DNA of 64,000 nt from an uncultured Candidatus Rokubacteria bacterium (GCA_963826115.1 CAWGVS010000005.1:160001-224000), one strand, 5' to 3'. Positions 11,801-22,469 are shown, numbered from the stretch's first letter. Program-made: numbers and translations. Notes: generated by a model not told the origin, from the letters alone.

Positions 11801-13989
11801 CGGAGGTCCAGGCCCCGCGTGATGCGCTGGGTGACGGCGACGAGCGCGCTGAGGTCCCGGCGGCGCGCCTCCGACTCCCGGAACAGCCGTGCCCGCTCGA
11901 TGGCGATGGCGGCGTGCGCGGCGAGGATGGAGAAGAGCTCGACCTCGGCCGGCGTGAAGCCATGCGGCGCGAGGTAGTGGCAGATCAGCACGCCGTGGAC
12001 CGCATCGCCGCTGGCCACCGGGACCGCGAGGAAGGCGCGCGGCGCCTTGGCGCGCACCAGCGCCTCGGTCGCCGGCGTGTACGCGAGGGTGGGGTCGGTC
12101 TCGCGGTCCCGCGTCCACACCGGGCGGCGCTCGACGAAGGCTCGACCGACGGCGCCCTCGCCCGGTTGCAGCACGAGGTCGCGACCGAACTCGGGGTCCA
12201 GATTGAGCCCCCGCAGGAGGACCAGCCCGCCTCGCGCCTCGTCGTGGGCGTAGATGCCCGAGGCGTCGCAGCCGAGGAGGTCCACCGTGGTGGCGACCAC
12301 CCGGTCCAGCACGAGGTCGAGGTCGAGCGACGACGCCAGCTGGCCCGCGACCTCGTAGAGCTTCGTGGCCTGCCTCGCCTGGCGCTCGGTCGCCGCATGG
12401 AGCCGGGCGCTCCGCAAGAGCATGCCGGCCTGGTGCCCGACCGCGTGGAGAACTGCGACCTCCGCCTCGTCGAACCGGCGCCGCTCTTGCCACCAGACGA
12501 GGTAGAGCGTGCCGGCCACCTGACCGTCGAGGACGAGCGGGATGATGAGCCCGGACTGGTGGGGGAACGAGCGGAAGAGCGGGAAGGTGAAGCGGGGATC
12601 GTGCGTGACGTCGTCGCTCCAGGCGATGCGCCCCTGCTCGAACACGGTTTCCCGGAACCCCTGCTGGGCCAGCGGCACCGGGCTCGCCGCGACCACTCCG
12701 AGAAGGTGCTTCGGCACGCGATAGGCCGCGACCGGATCGAGCCGCGTGCGCTCGGCGTCCACCAGGTGCGCGGCCACCGTGCCGGCTCCGGTGAGCCGGG
12801 CGAGCTCCCGGCAGATGAGTCGCAGGGCCTCGGACAGGTCCAGGGTGCCGCCGATGACCCGGGCGATCTTGAGCAGCGCCGCCGTCTCCCCGAGCCGCGC
12901 CTCGAGCGAGGCCTGCGCGGTCGCGAGCCGCTCCAGCATGCCGTCGAAGGCGCGGGCCAGTCCGGCGACCTCGGCCGGTCCGCCGGACGAGACCGACCGG
13001 GTCGCGTCGCCCGCCGCGATGGCGCCCGCGGTGTCGCGGAGCGCGGTGATGGGGCGGGACACGTACGTGGCCACCACGATGGCGAGCGCCACCGTGGCCA
13101 GCAGAGCGAGGAGCATCCAGTAGAGCAGACGACGGTAGGGCGCCCGGAGGTCCGCCTCGACCTCGGCGCGGTCCTGACTCACCCAGATCTTCCACCCGAC
13201 GTCGGGCACCGTCGCGAATCCGGCGAGGCGCTGGTCACCGCGGATGCCGGCGTACCGCGCGACCCGGCCCGAGGCCCTGGCCGCGACGAAGGGCCAGACC
13301 GGGCGCTCGGAGAAATCTCGGCGCTCGCGGATGTCCACCGGATACTCGTCGGCGAGGACCTTGCCCGCGGCCGTCGCCATCTGCGCGTACCCCGTCTGGC
13401 CGAATCGGATCCGGCCGGTGACCACCTGAAGGGCGCTCAACCGTAGCCACGCGGCGACCACGCCCCGCACGCCACCGGATCCGTCGCTGATCGCCGCGGC
13501 GACGGGGAGGCCGCTGCCGCTCGTCCGGACCGGATCGACCTCGACGTCCGGCCCGACGACCGTCCGGCGACTCGGCAACGACTCGCGGAACCAGGGCCGG
13601 CCGGACAGGTCGATGCCCGGCCCGCCGCCGCTCACGGTCGCCGGCGGATCCGACGCCACGACGCGGCCGGCAGCGTCGACGATCGCGACCGCGTCGAACG
13701 CGGGGTAGACGGCGCGCGTGCGCGCGAGGAGCGGTGCGGCGCCGCTCAGACTGCGCGTTTCATCGAGGTGCAGGGCCAGCATCTGGATGGCGTGCCGGTG
13801 CGAGCCGAGGAGCTGCTCGTGCTCCGACGCCAGCCCCTGCGCCAGGAGCTCGTAGCGGGCGGTCGCCTCGTCGATGGCGGAGTCGCGTAGCGAGCCGACC
13901 AGCACGATGCCGACCAGCGCGGCGGGAACTGCGGCGGCGAGGACCGCGCCGCCGACCAGGATCGTCCTCAGGCTCAGACGTTGCAGCAT
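8850..13989 (-). pseudogene. Hybrid sensor kinase dCache-HAMP-4xGAF-HisKA-HATPase-REC-REC-Hpt with one extra base near 10176 (pseudogene or sequencing error; ~1712 aa if corrected)
   Basis: [15 protein letters not shown]-box, [23 protein letters not shown]; after RIWVESA the reading continues in another frame as [12 protein letters not shown] into ORF 8850..10097 ([17 protein letters not shown]). Confidence 0.88.
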
Positions 13990-14284
13990 CGAGACTCCGC
14001 TGTGAGTCTACCGCCCCGGCCGACCGAGGGCGCCGCAACGGGTCCGCCCGACGCCCATGAGACGCATTTGTACCCATTTTCGCCCCGGCAGCCCGTCTTG
14101 CGCGTATCCCGTCGGATACGGCAGAGGCCCCGAGACCCTGAAGAACGCAGTGAAATCGTGACTTGTGGGGCGGCCAGGCTGTAGCATCGGGCGAAGGCGT
14201 TCCGCCTTCGAATCGTGCATTTTCTGCGATCGGTGAGCGAGCACCGTCTCGCGCGACGAGGAGCGTTCGGTGGGTGACGCGACG

Positions 14285-16045
14285 ATGAGGGTGGCGCCGG
14301 ACCTGAAGACTCGGGGCAACGGGGAGTCGGGCCGGCCGGCGCCGGACCTCCGGGCCGCCGAGTACCTCGTGGAGGCCCTCGCGGACGCCGGCGTCCGTCA
14401 CGTCTTCGGCGTGATCGGCGGAACCGTCTTCCCGTTCTTCACCGCCACCGTCGGGCGGGCGGCCCAGATCGTGATGACGAAGCACGAGGCCGGCGCCGCC
14501 TTCATGGCCGACGGGTACGCGCGGGCGAGCGGCGGTCTGGGGGCGTGCGTCTCGACGTCGGGCCCCGGCGCGACGAACCTGATCACCGGCGTCGCCGCCG
14601 CCTACGCCGACTCGATCCCGATCGTCGTGCTCACCGGACAGGTGGCGACGAAGTCCTTCGGGCGAGGCGCGATGCAGGAGTCCAGCACCGAGGGCGTCGA
14701 CATCGTCGACGTCTTCAAGCAGGTGACGCGCTACAGCAACCTCGTCTTCCGCGCCGATCGGCTTCCCATGGTCTGGCAGAAAGCGCTGCGCATGGCGCTG
14801 GGCGGCCGTCCGGGGCCCGTACATCTCAGCCTGCCGGCCGACGTGCAGGAGCAGTCGATACAGCGGCCGGTGAAGATGCCTTTACCCGGCCACCCGAGCC
14901 GGACCTACGATCGCGCGGCGATCAAGCAGGCGGCGCTGCACCTCCTCCGCGCCCGCCGGCCGGCGATCCTCGCCGGCCACGGCACCATCCTGTCGAACGC
15001 CTCCGACGAGGTCCGCGCCATCGCCGAGATGCTGGAGATCCCCGTCGCGACCACGCCGAAGGGGAAGGGGGCCTTCCCTGAGGACCACCGGCTCTCGGTG
15101 GGGCCATTCGGCTATTCGGGCTCGCCGCTGGCGCAGTGGCACCTCCTCGAGAGCGGGGTCGACGTCCTGCTCGCGGTGGGCACGAGCCTCAGCGAGTGGG
15201 GCACGCTCGGGTGGGACCACCGGCTCCAGCCGAGCGAGGCCCTGCTGCATGTCGACATCGACCCGTACGAGATCGGCAAGAACTATCCCGTGACGGTTCC
15301 GGTTATCGGGGACGCGAAGTCCGGATTGACGGAGCTTGCGTACGAGATTCGCCGCCAGCAGCAGCGGTACCTGCACTGGCGGCGCGGGAACGGCAAGCTC
15401 GAGCCGCCGCCAGACCGTCCCCGCTTCCTGAACGCGGCGACGATGGACTCCAACGCGGTGCCGATCAAGCCACAGCGCCTGATCCGGGACCTCCAGGATT
15501 CGCTGCCCCGGGACGCCCTCGTGTTCATCGACGGCGGCGCGAATCGCTCGTGGGCGATCCACTACTGGCAGAGCCTCTATCCCCGGACCTTCTTCTGCGC
15601 GACCGGCATGGCGTCGATGGGTTTTGGCGTGGCAGGGGCGATCGGCGGGAAGTTCGCGCTGCCAGAGCGGGTCGTCGTCTCGATCACTGGTGACGGCGGC
15701 TTCCTGATGAACGGAATGGAGGTATCGACGGCCGTCCACTACGGCAAGCAGGTGATCTGGGTCGTCCTGAACGACGCCGGCTACGGCATGGCGTACCATG
15801 CGCTTCGGATGATGAAGCTACCCGACGTGGCGACGCGCTACCCGCGCGTCGACTGCGCCCGGGTCGCGGAAGGCCTCGGAGCGCAGGCGTACCGCATTCG
15901 CGAACCTGGGCAGATCAACCGAGAACTCATCCAGAAGATCCTTGCCAGTGGCCGACCGACCGTCCTGGACGTCGAGATCGACCCGGACGAAGTGGCTCCC
16001 TTCGGCGGCCGGCTCGAGACCCTGGGCGAGTATTTCGGCAGCTGA
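14285..16045 (+). CDS. Thiamine-diphosphate-dependent enzyme, acetolactate synthase large-subunit-like
   Basis: KHEAGAAFMADGYAR, TSGPGATN, GDGGFLMN...VVLND ThDP motif; no ilvN/ilvC adjacent; alternative GTG start at 14270. Confidence 0.9.
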   Translation: MRVAPDLKTRGNGESGRPAPDLRAAEYLVEALADAGVRHVFGVIGGTVFPFFTATVGRAAQIVMTKHEAGAAFMADGYARASGGLGACVSTSGPGATNLITGVAAAYADSIPIVVLTGQVATKSFGRGAMQESSTEGVDIVDVFKQVTRYSNLVFRADRLPMVWQKALRMALGGRPGPVHLSLPADVQEQSIQRPVKMPLPGHPSRTYDRAAIKQAALHLLRARRPAILAGHGTILSNASDEVRAIAEMLEIPVATTPKGKGAFPEDHRLSVGPFGYSGSPLAQWHLLESGVDVLLAVGTSLSEWGTLGWDHRLQPSEALLHVDIDPYEIGKNYPVTVPVIGDAKSGLTELAYEIRRQQQRYLHWRRGNGKLEPPPDRPRFLNAATMDSNAVPIKPQRLIRDLQDSLPRDALVFIDGGANRSWAIHYWQSLYPRTFFCATGMASMGFGVAGAIGGKFALPERVVVSITGDGGFLMNGMEVSTAVHYGKQVIWVVLNDAGYGMAYHALRMMKLPDVATRYPRVDCARVAEGLGAQAYRIREPGQINRELIQKILASGRPTVLDVEIDPDEVAPFGGRLETLGEYFGS

Positions 16046-16123
16046 GTCGCGGCCGCCGCCGTCCGTCTGTCTGGTCGCGGCGGTCCGGCCCGCGCCGCCG
16101 GGGAGGCGGCTTCGTCGCGTGGG

Positions 16124-17329
16124 TCAGTGGCGCGCTGGTTCTTCGCGGCCGAGCCGGCGGAGGCCCCCCAGCGCGACGAGCGGCAGCGCGGCGACCGTCA
16201 GGAACATGACCTCGAAGCCCACGGCCTCGGCCACCTGGCCCGCCAGCATTGCTCCTCCGCCCACCCCCAACTCCCAGCACGCCGCAAATCCGGCCACACC
16301 GCTGGCTCGGCGCTCGGCGGGAGAACGGTCGACCACCGAGCTGAGGAGGATCGTGTGGGTGCCGCCGATGCCGAGCCCCGCGAGGACCGCGGCCGCCAGG
16401 AAGAGCCCGGCACCGTGCGCGATCGCGAGGAGGCCCATCCCCGTCGCGAGCGCGAGGAACACCGGGATGGTCGCCATCGTGGTACCCCAGGTGTCGTAGG
16501 CGCGACCGGCGGCCAGGCGAACGCCGAGGCTGCTCAGCGCCAAGAGCGCGAAGAACGTCCCCACGACCTCGAATCCCCGGTCGCGAGCGGCCACCGCGAT
16601 GAACGAGATGATCGTGCCGTAGGCGACGCTGGCCGCGAACTGGACGGCTGCCGGCAGCGCGACGACGCGCCACAGGGCGGGGCGCCCGGCGCGCGCCTCC
16701 CCTGTTCCCCGCGCGCCCGGGGGACGCTCCCGCGGGAGCGCGGACGCGCAGACGAGAGCCACGAGGGCGCTGCACGCCGAGGCCACGAACACGCCGTGGT
16801 AGCTGGTGGCCTCGAGGATCGCGCGGCCCGCGCCGGGGCCGATGGCCAGCGCCGCCGCCTGGGCGAGGCCGAAGACGCCCATCGTCGTGCCGCGCCGCCC
16901 CGGCGGCGCGAGATCGGCGGCCAGCGAGGCGGCGGCGGTGCTGAACGTCGCCAGCCCGATTCCGTGGAAGACCCGCCAGACAAGGAGCCCGGTCACCGAC
17001 GGGATCACCCAGTACCCGAAGGAGGCCAGCGCGTAGATCGCCGCACCCGCAAGCAGGAACCCGCGCCGTCCCGTGCGGTCCATCCAGGGCCCCACGAGAG
17101 GCCGCGCCGCCAGCGAGGTCAGGGCCAGGATCCCGATGATGAGCCCGATCTCCGATGTCGAGCCGCCGAGTTGGCGGAGGTAGAGGGGGAGGGTCGACAG
17201 GAGAAAGTAGAGCGACGCGAAGTGGAAGAAGGTTGCCGCAACGACGTAGGCGAGGGCTCTCGAGGGCGGGGCAGCCCCCCCGGGTCCGGGATCCCGCCAC
17301 CCCCCGCCGGTGCCGGAGTTGGCCGTCAA
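16124..17329 (-). CDS. MFS transporter
   Basis: ~12 TM segments; GPWMDRTGRR motif A; start position uncertain. Confidence 0.88.
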   Translation of the reverse strand: MTANSGTGGGWRDPGPGGAAPPSRALAYVVAATFFHFASLYFLLSTLPLYLRQLGGSTSEIGLIIGILALTSLAARPLVGPWMDRTGRRGFLLAGAAIYALASFGYWVIPSVTGLLVWRVFHGIGLATFSTAAASLAADLAPPGRRGTTMGVFGLAQAAALAIGPGAGRAILEATSYHGVFVASACSALVALVCASALPRERPPGARGTGEARAGRPALWRVVALPAAVQFAASVAYGTIISFIAVAARDRGFEVVGTFFALLALSSLGVRLAAGRAYDTWGTTMATIPVFLALATGMGLLAIAHGAGLFLAAAVLAGLGIGGTHTILLSSVVDRSPAERRASGVAGFAACWELGVGGGAMLAGQVAEAVGFEVMFLTVAALPLVALGGLRRLGREEPARH

Positions 17330-17401
17330 ACCGGCTCAGGACCGCGTCGATTGTGGAGAATTGCCCGACGGCCTCCCCGGCGGAAATGCCCCGTGGTTAC
17401 G

Positions 17402-17417
17402 TGGCATATCCATTGCA
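17402..17417 (+). promoter_or_regulatory. Sigma-54 (-24/-12) promoter
   Basis: TGGCATATCCATTGCA: GG and GC at canonical 12-bp spacing, ~65 bp before the SBP ATG. Confidence 0.7.
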
Positions 17418-17480
17418 AATTCGTCGAGCCCGGAAGTAGTGGACTCGGGGCCCGCTCTGCGGGCGAGGAGGAATTACCAT

Positions 17481-18998
17481 ATGACACCGCGACTTCGGAC
17501 ACGGGTCATCGGTCTCGCGCTGGCCGCGATCCTCCTGCCAATATCGGCGCTGGCAGCCGCCAAGGGTGTCGGCGATGCGCAGGAGCTGGTCGTGGCGGAG
17601 GCCACGGCCCCGCCGGCAGTGCTCGATCCCTTTAAGGTGTACGGCACCCAGGCGCAGAGCCTCTTCCGCCTCGTCTTCGAGCCGCTCTTCGACCGGGATC
17701 CAGACGGCAGGATCCGCACTCCGCTGCTCGAGCGCTGGGGTCCCGTGGACCGCCTGACCTGGGAGTTCCGGCTGCGCCCGGGCACCCGCTTCCACGACGG
17801 CGTGGAGCTGACCGCGGCGGACGTGGTCTTCTCGCTCAACCGCATCCTCGATCCCCAGGTCAACTCTCCTCGCCGGACCGAGTTCAGCGACATCGAGTCC
17901 ATCGTCGCGGTCGACCCCTTGACGGTCCGCATCACCCTGAAGCGGCCGTACGCGCTGCTCCCGGCCAGGCTCTCGCAGTTCAGCATGATCCTACCCGATC
18001 AGCTGCGGGGACGCCCCGAGGCGGAGTTCTTCCGGGAGCCGATCGGTCTCGGGCCCTTCCGGCTCAGCGAGCTGAATGACAAGCAGGCGGTTCTCGTCGC
18101 GTTCACTGACTATCACGGCGGCGCGCCCCGGGTCCCGCGGGTCGTCTTCCAGTTCATCGCGGAGCCCGAGCAGCGCCTGCGCCAGCTGCTCGCGGGCGAG
18201 GTGGACATCGTCACGAACCTCCTGCCGCAGCAGGTCGACTCCCTGCTCCGCGCGAAGGGCGTGCGGCTGCTGAAGCGGAACTCGGTCCGGTTCATGGACG
18301 TGTTCATCGACTCGCGCAACGGCCCCCTGGCCCGGGTCGAGGTCCGCCGCGCGATCCTCCACGGGACGGACGTCGAGGGGCTGGTGCGGTACATCGCCCG
18401 GGGGAACGGCCGGGCCATCGCGACGGTGACGCTGCCCGAGGATTTCGGCTTCAACGCGGCCCTCAAGCCGTACGCGTTCGATCCGGCCAAGGCCAGGGCC
18501 CTCCTGACCGAGGCCGGCTATCCGGACGGGGTGCGGCTCAAGGGGCTGGCCACGCACGACACTCAGGTCCTGGCCACGGCCCTCGCTCAGCAGTGGGCGA
18601 AGATCGGTGTGAAGCTCGACGTCACCGTGGAGGGCCGCGCGCCCACGATGTCCCGCTGGATCAAGGAGCGGGACCGGCACAACTTCCTGGTCCTGGATCC
18701 CACGAGCATCATCTTCGACGCGGCCTTCCAGCTGCGCGTGCACCTGGACCCCGCCCATCCGATGGGGCGCGTCTCGCACCCACGGGTGCTCGATCTTCTG
18801 AACCGGGCCGATTCCGAACAGGATCCGGAGGTCCGAGCCGCAGTGCTCCGCGAGGTGCAGGCGATCGCGTACGAGCAGGCGCTCACGATCCCGATCTACC
18901 AGGTGGTCGATCTCTACGGTGTGCGGGACCACGTGATCGACTTCGAGCCGTCCGCCGACACGATCCTGCGTCTCGGGGGAGTCGGATTGCAGCGATGA
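17481..18998 (+). CDS. ABC-type family 5 (peptide/nickel) substrate-binding protein
   Basis: GAGGAGG RBS; signal peptide; FRLRPGTRFHDG...TAADVVFS; PIGLGPF. Confidence 0.9.
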   Translation: MTPRLRTRVIGLALAAILLPISALAAAKGVGDAQELVVAEATAPPAVLDPFKVYGTQAQSLFRLVFEPLFDRDPDGRIRTPLLERWGPVDRLTWEFRLRPGTRFHDGVELTAADVVFSLNRILDPQVNSPRRTEFSDIESIVAVDPLTVRITLKRPYALLPARLSQFSMILPDQLRGRPEAEFFREPIGLGPFRLSELNDKQAVLVAFTDYHGGAPRVPRVVFQFIAEPEQRLRQLLAGEVDIVTNLLPQQVDSLLRAKGVRLLKRNSVRFMDVFIDSRNGPLARVEVRRAILHGTDVEGLVRYIARGNGRAIATVTLPEDFGFNAALKPYAFDPAKARALLTEAGYPDGVRLKGLATHDTQVLATALAQQWAKIGVKLDVTVEGRAPTMSRWIKERDRHNFLVLDPTSIIFDAAFQLRVHLDPAHPMGRVSHPRVLDLLNRADSEQDPEVRAAVLREVQAIAYEQALTIPIYQVVDLYGVRDHVIDFEPSADTILRLGGVGLQR

Positions 18999-21900
18999 CA
19001 ACCGGAACCGGGGCCGAGAGCGGGGCCGCCGGGGCCACGCCGCGCCCCGTCCTCGTCCCGCGGCGAACGGGATGGCGGCGGGTGCGGTTCGGCATCGCCA
19101 CCAGGCTCACGCTGGTGGTGATCCCGCTCGTCCTCCTGCCGCTGGCGTCGCTCGCCTACGTCTGGTACTCCAGCACGAAGGCGGCGCTGGAGCTCCAGAT
19201 CCGCGAGGAGCTCCAGGTCCGCCTGCGGCAGGTCGCCCTCCGGCTCCGGCCGTTCCTCCGGGAGCGCGAGCTGGACCTCTACGACCTGGCGAGCTCGCCC
19301 GCCTTGCGCGACTATCAGACGCAGCTCGAGTATCGGCTGGTCCAGGAGGCGGATGTCGCCCTCAAGAAACTGGCCGAGCACTTCGCCCAGTTCCTGAGCC
19401 GCCGCGACGAGGTCGTGGCCGAGGCGCGCTACATCGACCAGACGGGCAACGAGCTGGTCAGCGCGACGGCCCGCAGCGTCAAGCGGGGCGGCCCCAACCA
19501 CGCAAACGCCCCGTTCTTCCTGCGGGCGAAGGCGCTTCGCCCGGACAACGGGATCGCCGCATCCGTGGAGATGTCCGACTCCCTCCAGATCACCGTGCTG
19601 CGGCTGGCTCTCCCCGTGTACAACGAGTGGAAGGAGTTCCGCGGCGCGATGGTCGTGGACCTGCCGCTCTCGTACTTCACGGCGACGCTGGCGGGGGCCC
19701 TGAGCGGGCGACTCGGGACGAACTTCCTCGTCGACGGTGGCGGCGCGATCCTCGGCCCGCCCGGCGCGATGGAGCGCCTGAACGCGTCGTGGAAGGGGCC
19801 GGGCAAGCTGCAGGCGATCCTCCGCACGCCGCCGGGCGACCCCCAGGTGGTCGTCCTCAGCGACGGGGGCCACGGGCTCCTGGTGCGGGCGGCGGTGGGC
19901 GCGCACGGGTGGTCGGTCGGCGTGCTGGCGCCGCTCGTCGAGACCGAGGGCCCGGTGCGCGCGCTCACCCAGTCGACGCTGGCCTACGGGAGCGCCGGCG
20001 CCGTGGTGCTCGTGCTCGCGGTCGTGCTGGTCGCCCGCGGGGCGAGCCGCCGGGTCCGGCGCCTCCAGGCCGCGACCGCCCAGCTGGCGGGCGGAGACTT
20101 CGGGCTCCGGGTCCCCGCGGAGGGCACGGACGAGGTCGCCGACCTCGGCCGCTCGTTCAACCTGATGGCCGAGTCGCTGGCGCGGCGCGACGCGGAAGTC
20201 GGGGCCAGGACCGAGGAGGCGCAGCGCCGGCGCCAGGAGCTCGAGGTCCTGAACGCCGTCATCCAGGCCGCGCACACCTCGCTTGACCTGCGGGAGAGCC
20301 TCGAGGCGATCCTCGACCGGCTGCTCACGCTCTTCGACTTCTCGGCGGGCGCGATCCGCCTCCTCGACGAGACGCGCGACCACCTGGTCCTGGTTGCGCA
20401 CAGCGGCCTCCGGCCGAGCTACGCGGCCAACCCGATCCCGCTGCGGATGGGCGAGGGCGACAGCGGCCACGCGCTCCGCGCCCGCCAGCCCCTGATTCTG
20501 AACGAGCCCTCGGAGATCGCGCCGTACGTGGAGCGCGTCCCCGAGGGGACGAAGGTGGGTGGCGTCCTCCTGATCCCGATCCTGTCGAAGGGCCAGGCGC
20601 TCGGCGCGGTCGTCCTGATCGGGGATCGGACGCTCGACTTCAACGAGACCGAGCTGCGCCTCCTCGGCAGCATCGGCCTGGAGATCGGCACGGCCATCCA
20701 GAACGCGCGCCTCTTCAGCCAGACGCAGGCCCTGCTGGCGGAGGCCGAGCGGCACCGACTCCGCGCCGAGGCGCTCGCGGAGATCGGGCGGTCCGTGACG
20801 GCGACGCTGGATCTCGACCGCGTGCTCGATCTGGTCGTCGAGCGAGTCGCCGAGGCGATGGGGGCGGACGCCGTCAGCATCCTCCGGCTCGACGGAGACG
20901 CGCTCCACTACCTCCGCGCCCGCGGCCTGTCCGCCGATCGGGAGGCGACCCTCGTCCTGAAGGCCGGCGACGAGCCCACCGCCGATGCGGCGCTGATGCG
21001 CGTACCGGTGTGGACGGCCGACCTACCCGCCGATCCGCGCTTCGCGGGGAGCCGGCACGCGCTGGCGCTGTTCAAGAACGAAGGGATCCGCGGGGTCCTG
21101 GCCGCGCCCGTCATCCTCGGGGAGGACGTGTGGGGCATCCTTGGCATCTGCATGCGCGAGGAGCACAAGTTCAGCCCGGAGGACGTCCGTTTCGCCGGCG
21201 CGGTCGCGCAGCAGGCGGCGATCGCCATCGGCAACGCGAAGCTGTACGCGGACCTCCGCTCCGCCTACGCGCAGCTCGAGGCCGCGCAGGAGCAGGCGGT
21301 GCAGACGGCGAAGCTCGGCGCCCTCGGGCAGATGGCGGGCGGCGTCGCCCACGATTTCAACAACCTCCTGGCCGCGATCCTCGGCCGGGCGGAGCTTCTC
21401 CAGCGGCGCACGTCCGACCCGACGGTGGTGCAGGGGCTCAAGGTCATCCAGGGCGCCGCGCTCGACGGGGCGGAGACGGTGCGGCGGATCCTCGGTTTCG
21501 CGCGCGCCAAGGGCGAGGAGCAGGCGGAGCCGGTCGAGATCGCTCCGCTCCTGCAGCAGGTCGTGGAGATCGCCCGGCCACGGTGGAAGGACGAGGCGCA
21601 GGCGCGCGGCGCGCTCATCAACGTGACGCTCGCCCTCGAGCCGGTGCCGCCGGTTCGCGGCAACGCGGCGGAGCTGCGCGAGGTCTTCCTGAACCTCCTC
21701 CTGAACGCCGTCGACGCGATGCCGACCGGCGGCACGCTCACGCTCGGCGTGCACGGGCGCGAGCCGGGTGACGGCGCGGGGGAGGGTCTCGGCGAGACGG
21801 TCGAGTGCTTCGTCCGCGATACCGGCGTCGGAATGTCCTCCGAGGTGCGCCGGCGGGCGTTCGACCCGTTCTTCACGACCAAGGGGGCCCGCGGTACGGG

Positions 21901-22438
21901 GCTCGGCCTTTCGGTCGTCTACGGCATCGTGTCGCGCCACGGCGGCCGTGCCCGGATCGACAGCCGCGAGAACGTGGGGACGACGGTCACGGTCCACCTG
22001 CCGGTGTTCACCGGTCGGCACGCCGAGCCGGCGCACGAGCCGAGCCCGGTGGAGATCGGCAGCGCGCGGATTCTCGTCGTCGACGACGAGGAGGTCCTGG
22101 CCCAGATGCTCGCGGACATCCTCCGACTCGAAGCCGGCCACGTCGTCGAGGTCATGACGGACGCGCGCGCCGCGCTCGACCGCGTCGCCGCCAGCCCGCC
22201 GGACCTCCTGTTCACCGACCTCGGAATGCCCGTCCTGTCGGGCTGGGAGCTGGCCGCCCAGGCCCGCGCGCTCCATCCTGGACTCCCCGTCGTCCTGGTC
22301 ACGGGGTGGGGGCACCAGCTCGACCCCGACCGCGTCCGCGCCTCGGGAGTCGTCGGGGTGGTCGCCAAGCCCTACCGGATCGAGGACATCCGGAAGGCCG
22401 TGGCCGGCGCGCTTGCCGGCGCGCTCCAGAGCACCTGA
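18995..22438 (+). CDS. Hybrid sensor histidine kinase (Cache-like, HAMP, 2xGAF, HisKA, HATPase, REC)
   Basis: ATGA overlap with SBP; GGVAHDFNNLL; NLLLNAVDAM; FDPFFTTKG..GTGLGL; LLFTDLGMP receiver. Confidence 0.92.
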   Translation: MTTGTGAESGAAGATPRPVLVPRRTGWRRVRFGIATRLTLVVIPLVLLPLASLAYVWYSSTKAALELQIREELQVRLRQVALRLRPFLRERELDLYDLASSPALRDYQTQLEYRLVQEADVALKKLAEHFAQFLSRRDEVVAEARYIDQTGNELVSATARSVKRGGPNHANAPFFLRAKALRPDNGIAASVEMSDSLQITVLRLALPVYNEWKEFRGAMVVDLPLSYFTATLAGALSGRLGTNFLVDGGGAILGPPGAMERLNASWKGPGKLQAILRTPPGDPQVVVLSDGGHGLLVRAAVGAHGWSVGVLAPLVETEGPVRALTQSTLAYGSAGAVVLVLAVVLVARGASRRVRRLQAATAQLAGGDFGLRVPAEGTDEVADLGRSFNLMAESLARRDAEVGARTEEAQRRRQELEVLNAVIQAAHTSLDLRESLEAILDRLLTLFDFSAGAIRLLDETRDHLVLVAHSGLRPSYAANPIPLRMGEGDSGHALRARQPLILNEPSEIAPYVERVPEGTKVGGVLLIPILSKGQALGAVVLIGDRTLDFNETELRLLGSIGLEIGTAIQNARLFSQTQALLAEAERHRLRAEALAEIGRSVTATLDLDRVLDLVVERVAEAMGADAVSILRLDGDALHYLRARGLSADREATLVLKAGDEPTADAALMRVPVWTADLPADPRFAGSRHALALFKNEGIRGVLAAPVILGEDVWGILGICMREEHKFSPEDVRFAGAVAQQAAIAIGNAKLYADLRSAYAQLEAAQEQAVQTAKLGALGQMAGGVAHDFNNLLAAILGRAELLQRRTSDPTVVQGLKVIQGAALDGAETVRRILGFARAKGEEQAEPVEIAPLLQQVVEIARPRWKDEAQARGALINVTLALEPVPPVRGNAAELREVFLNLLLNAVDAMPTGGTLTLGVHGREPGDGAGEGLGETVECFVRDTGVGMSSEVRRRAFDPFFTTKGARGTGLGLSVVYGIVSRHGGRARIDSRENVGTTVTVHLPVFTGRHAEPAHEPSPVEIGSARILVVDDEEVLAQMLADILRLEAGHVVEVMTDARAALDRVAASPPDLLFTDLGMPVLSGWELAAQARALHPGLPVVLVTGWGHQLDPDRVRASGVVGVVAKPYRIEDIRKAVAGALAGALQST

Positions 22439-22469
22439 CGCGGCGCGGCTCCGGGCCGCGCCGGCGCGC

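Noticed and set aside
14139-14156. TGAAGAACGCAGTGAAAT resembles a conserved eukaryotic 5.8S rRNA segment
   Set aside because: Only ~18 nt with no flanking similarity; treated as chance
14000-14284. TPP riboswitch upstream of the ThDP enzyme
   Set aside because: No CUGAGA or CCUGA...AUnCnnGCGnAGG core visible
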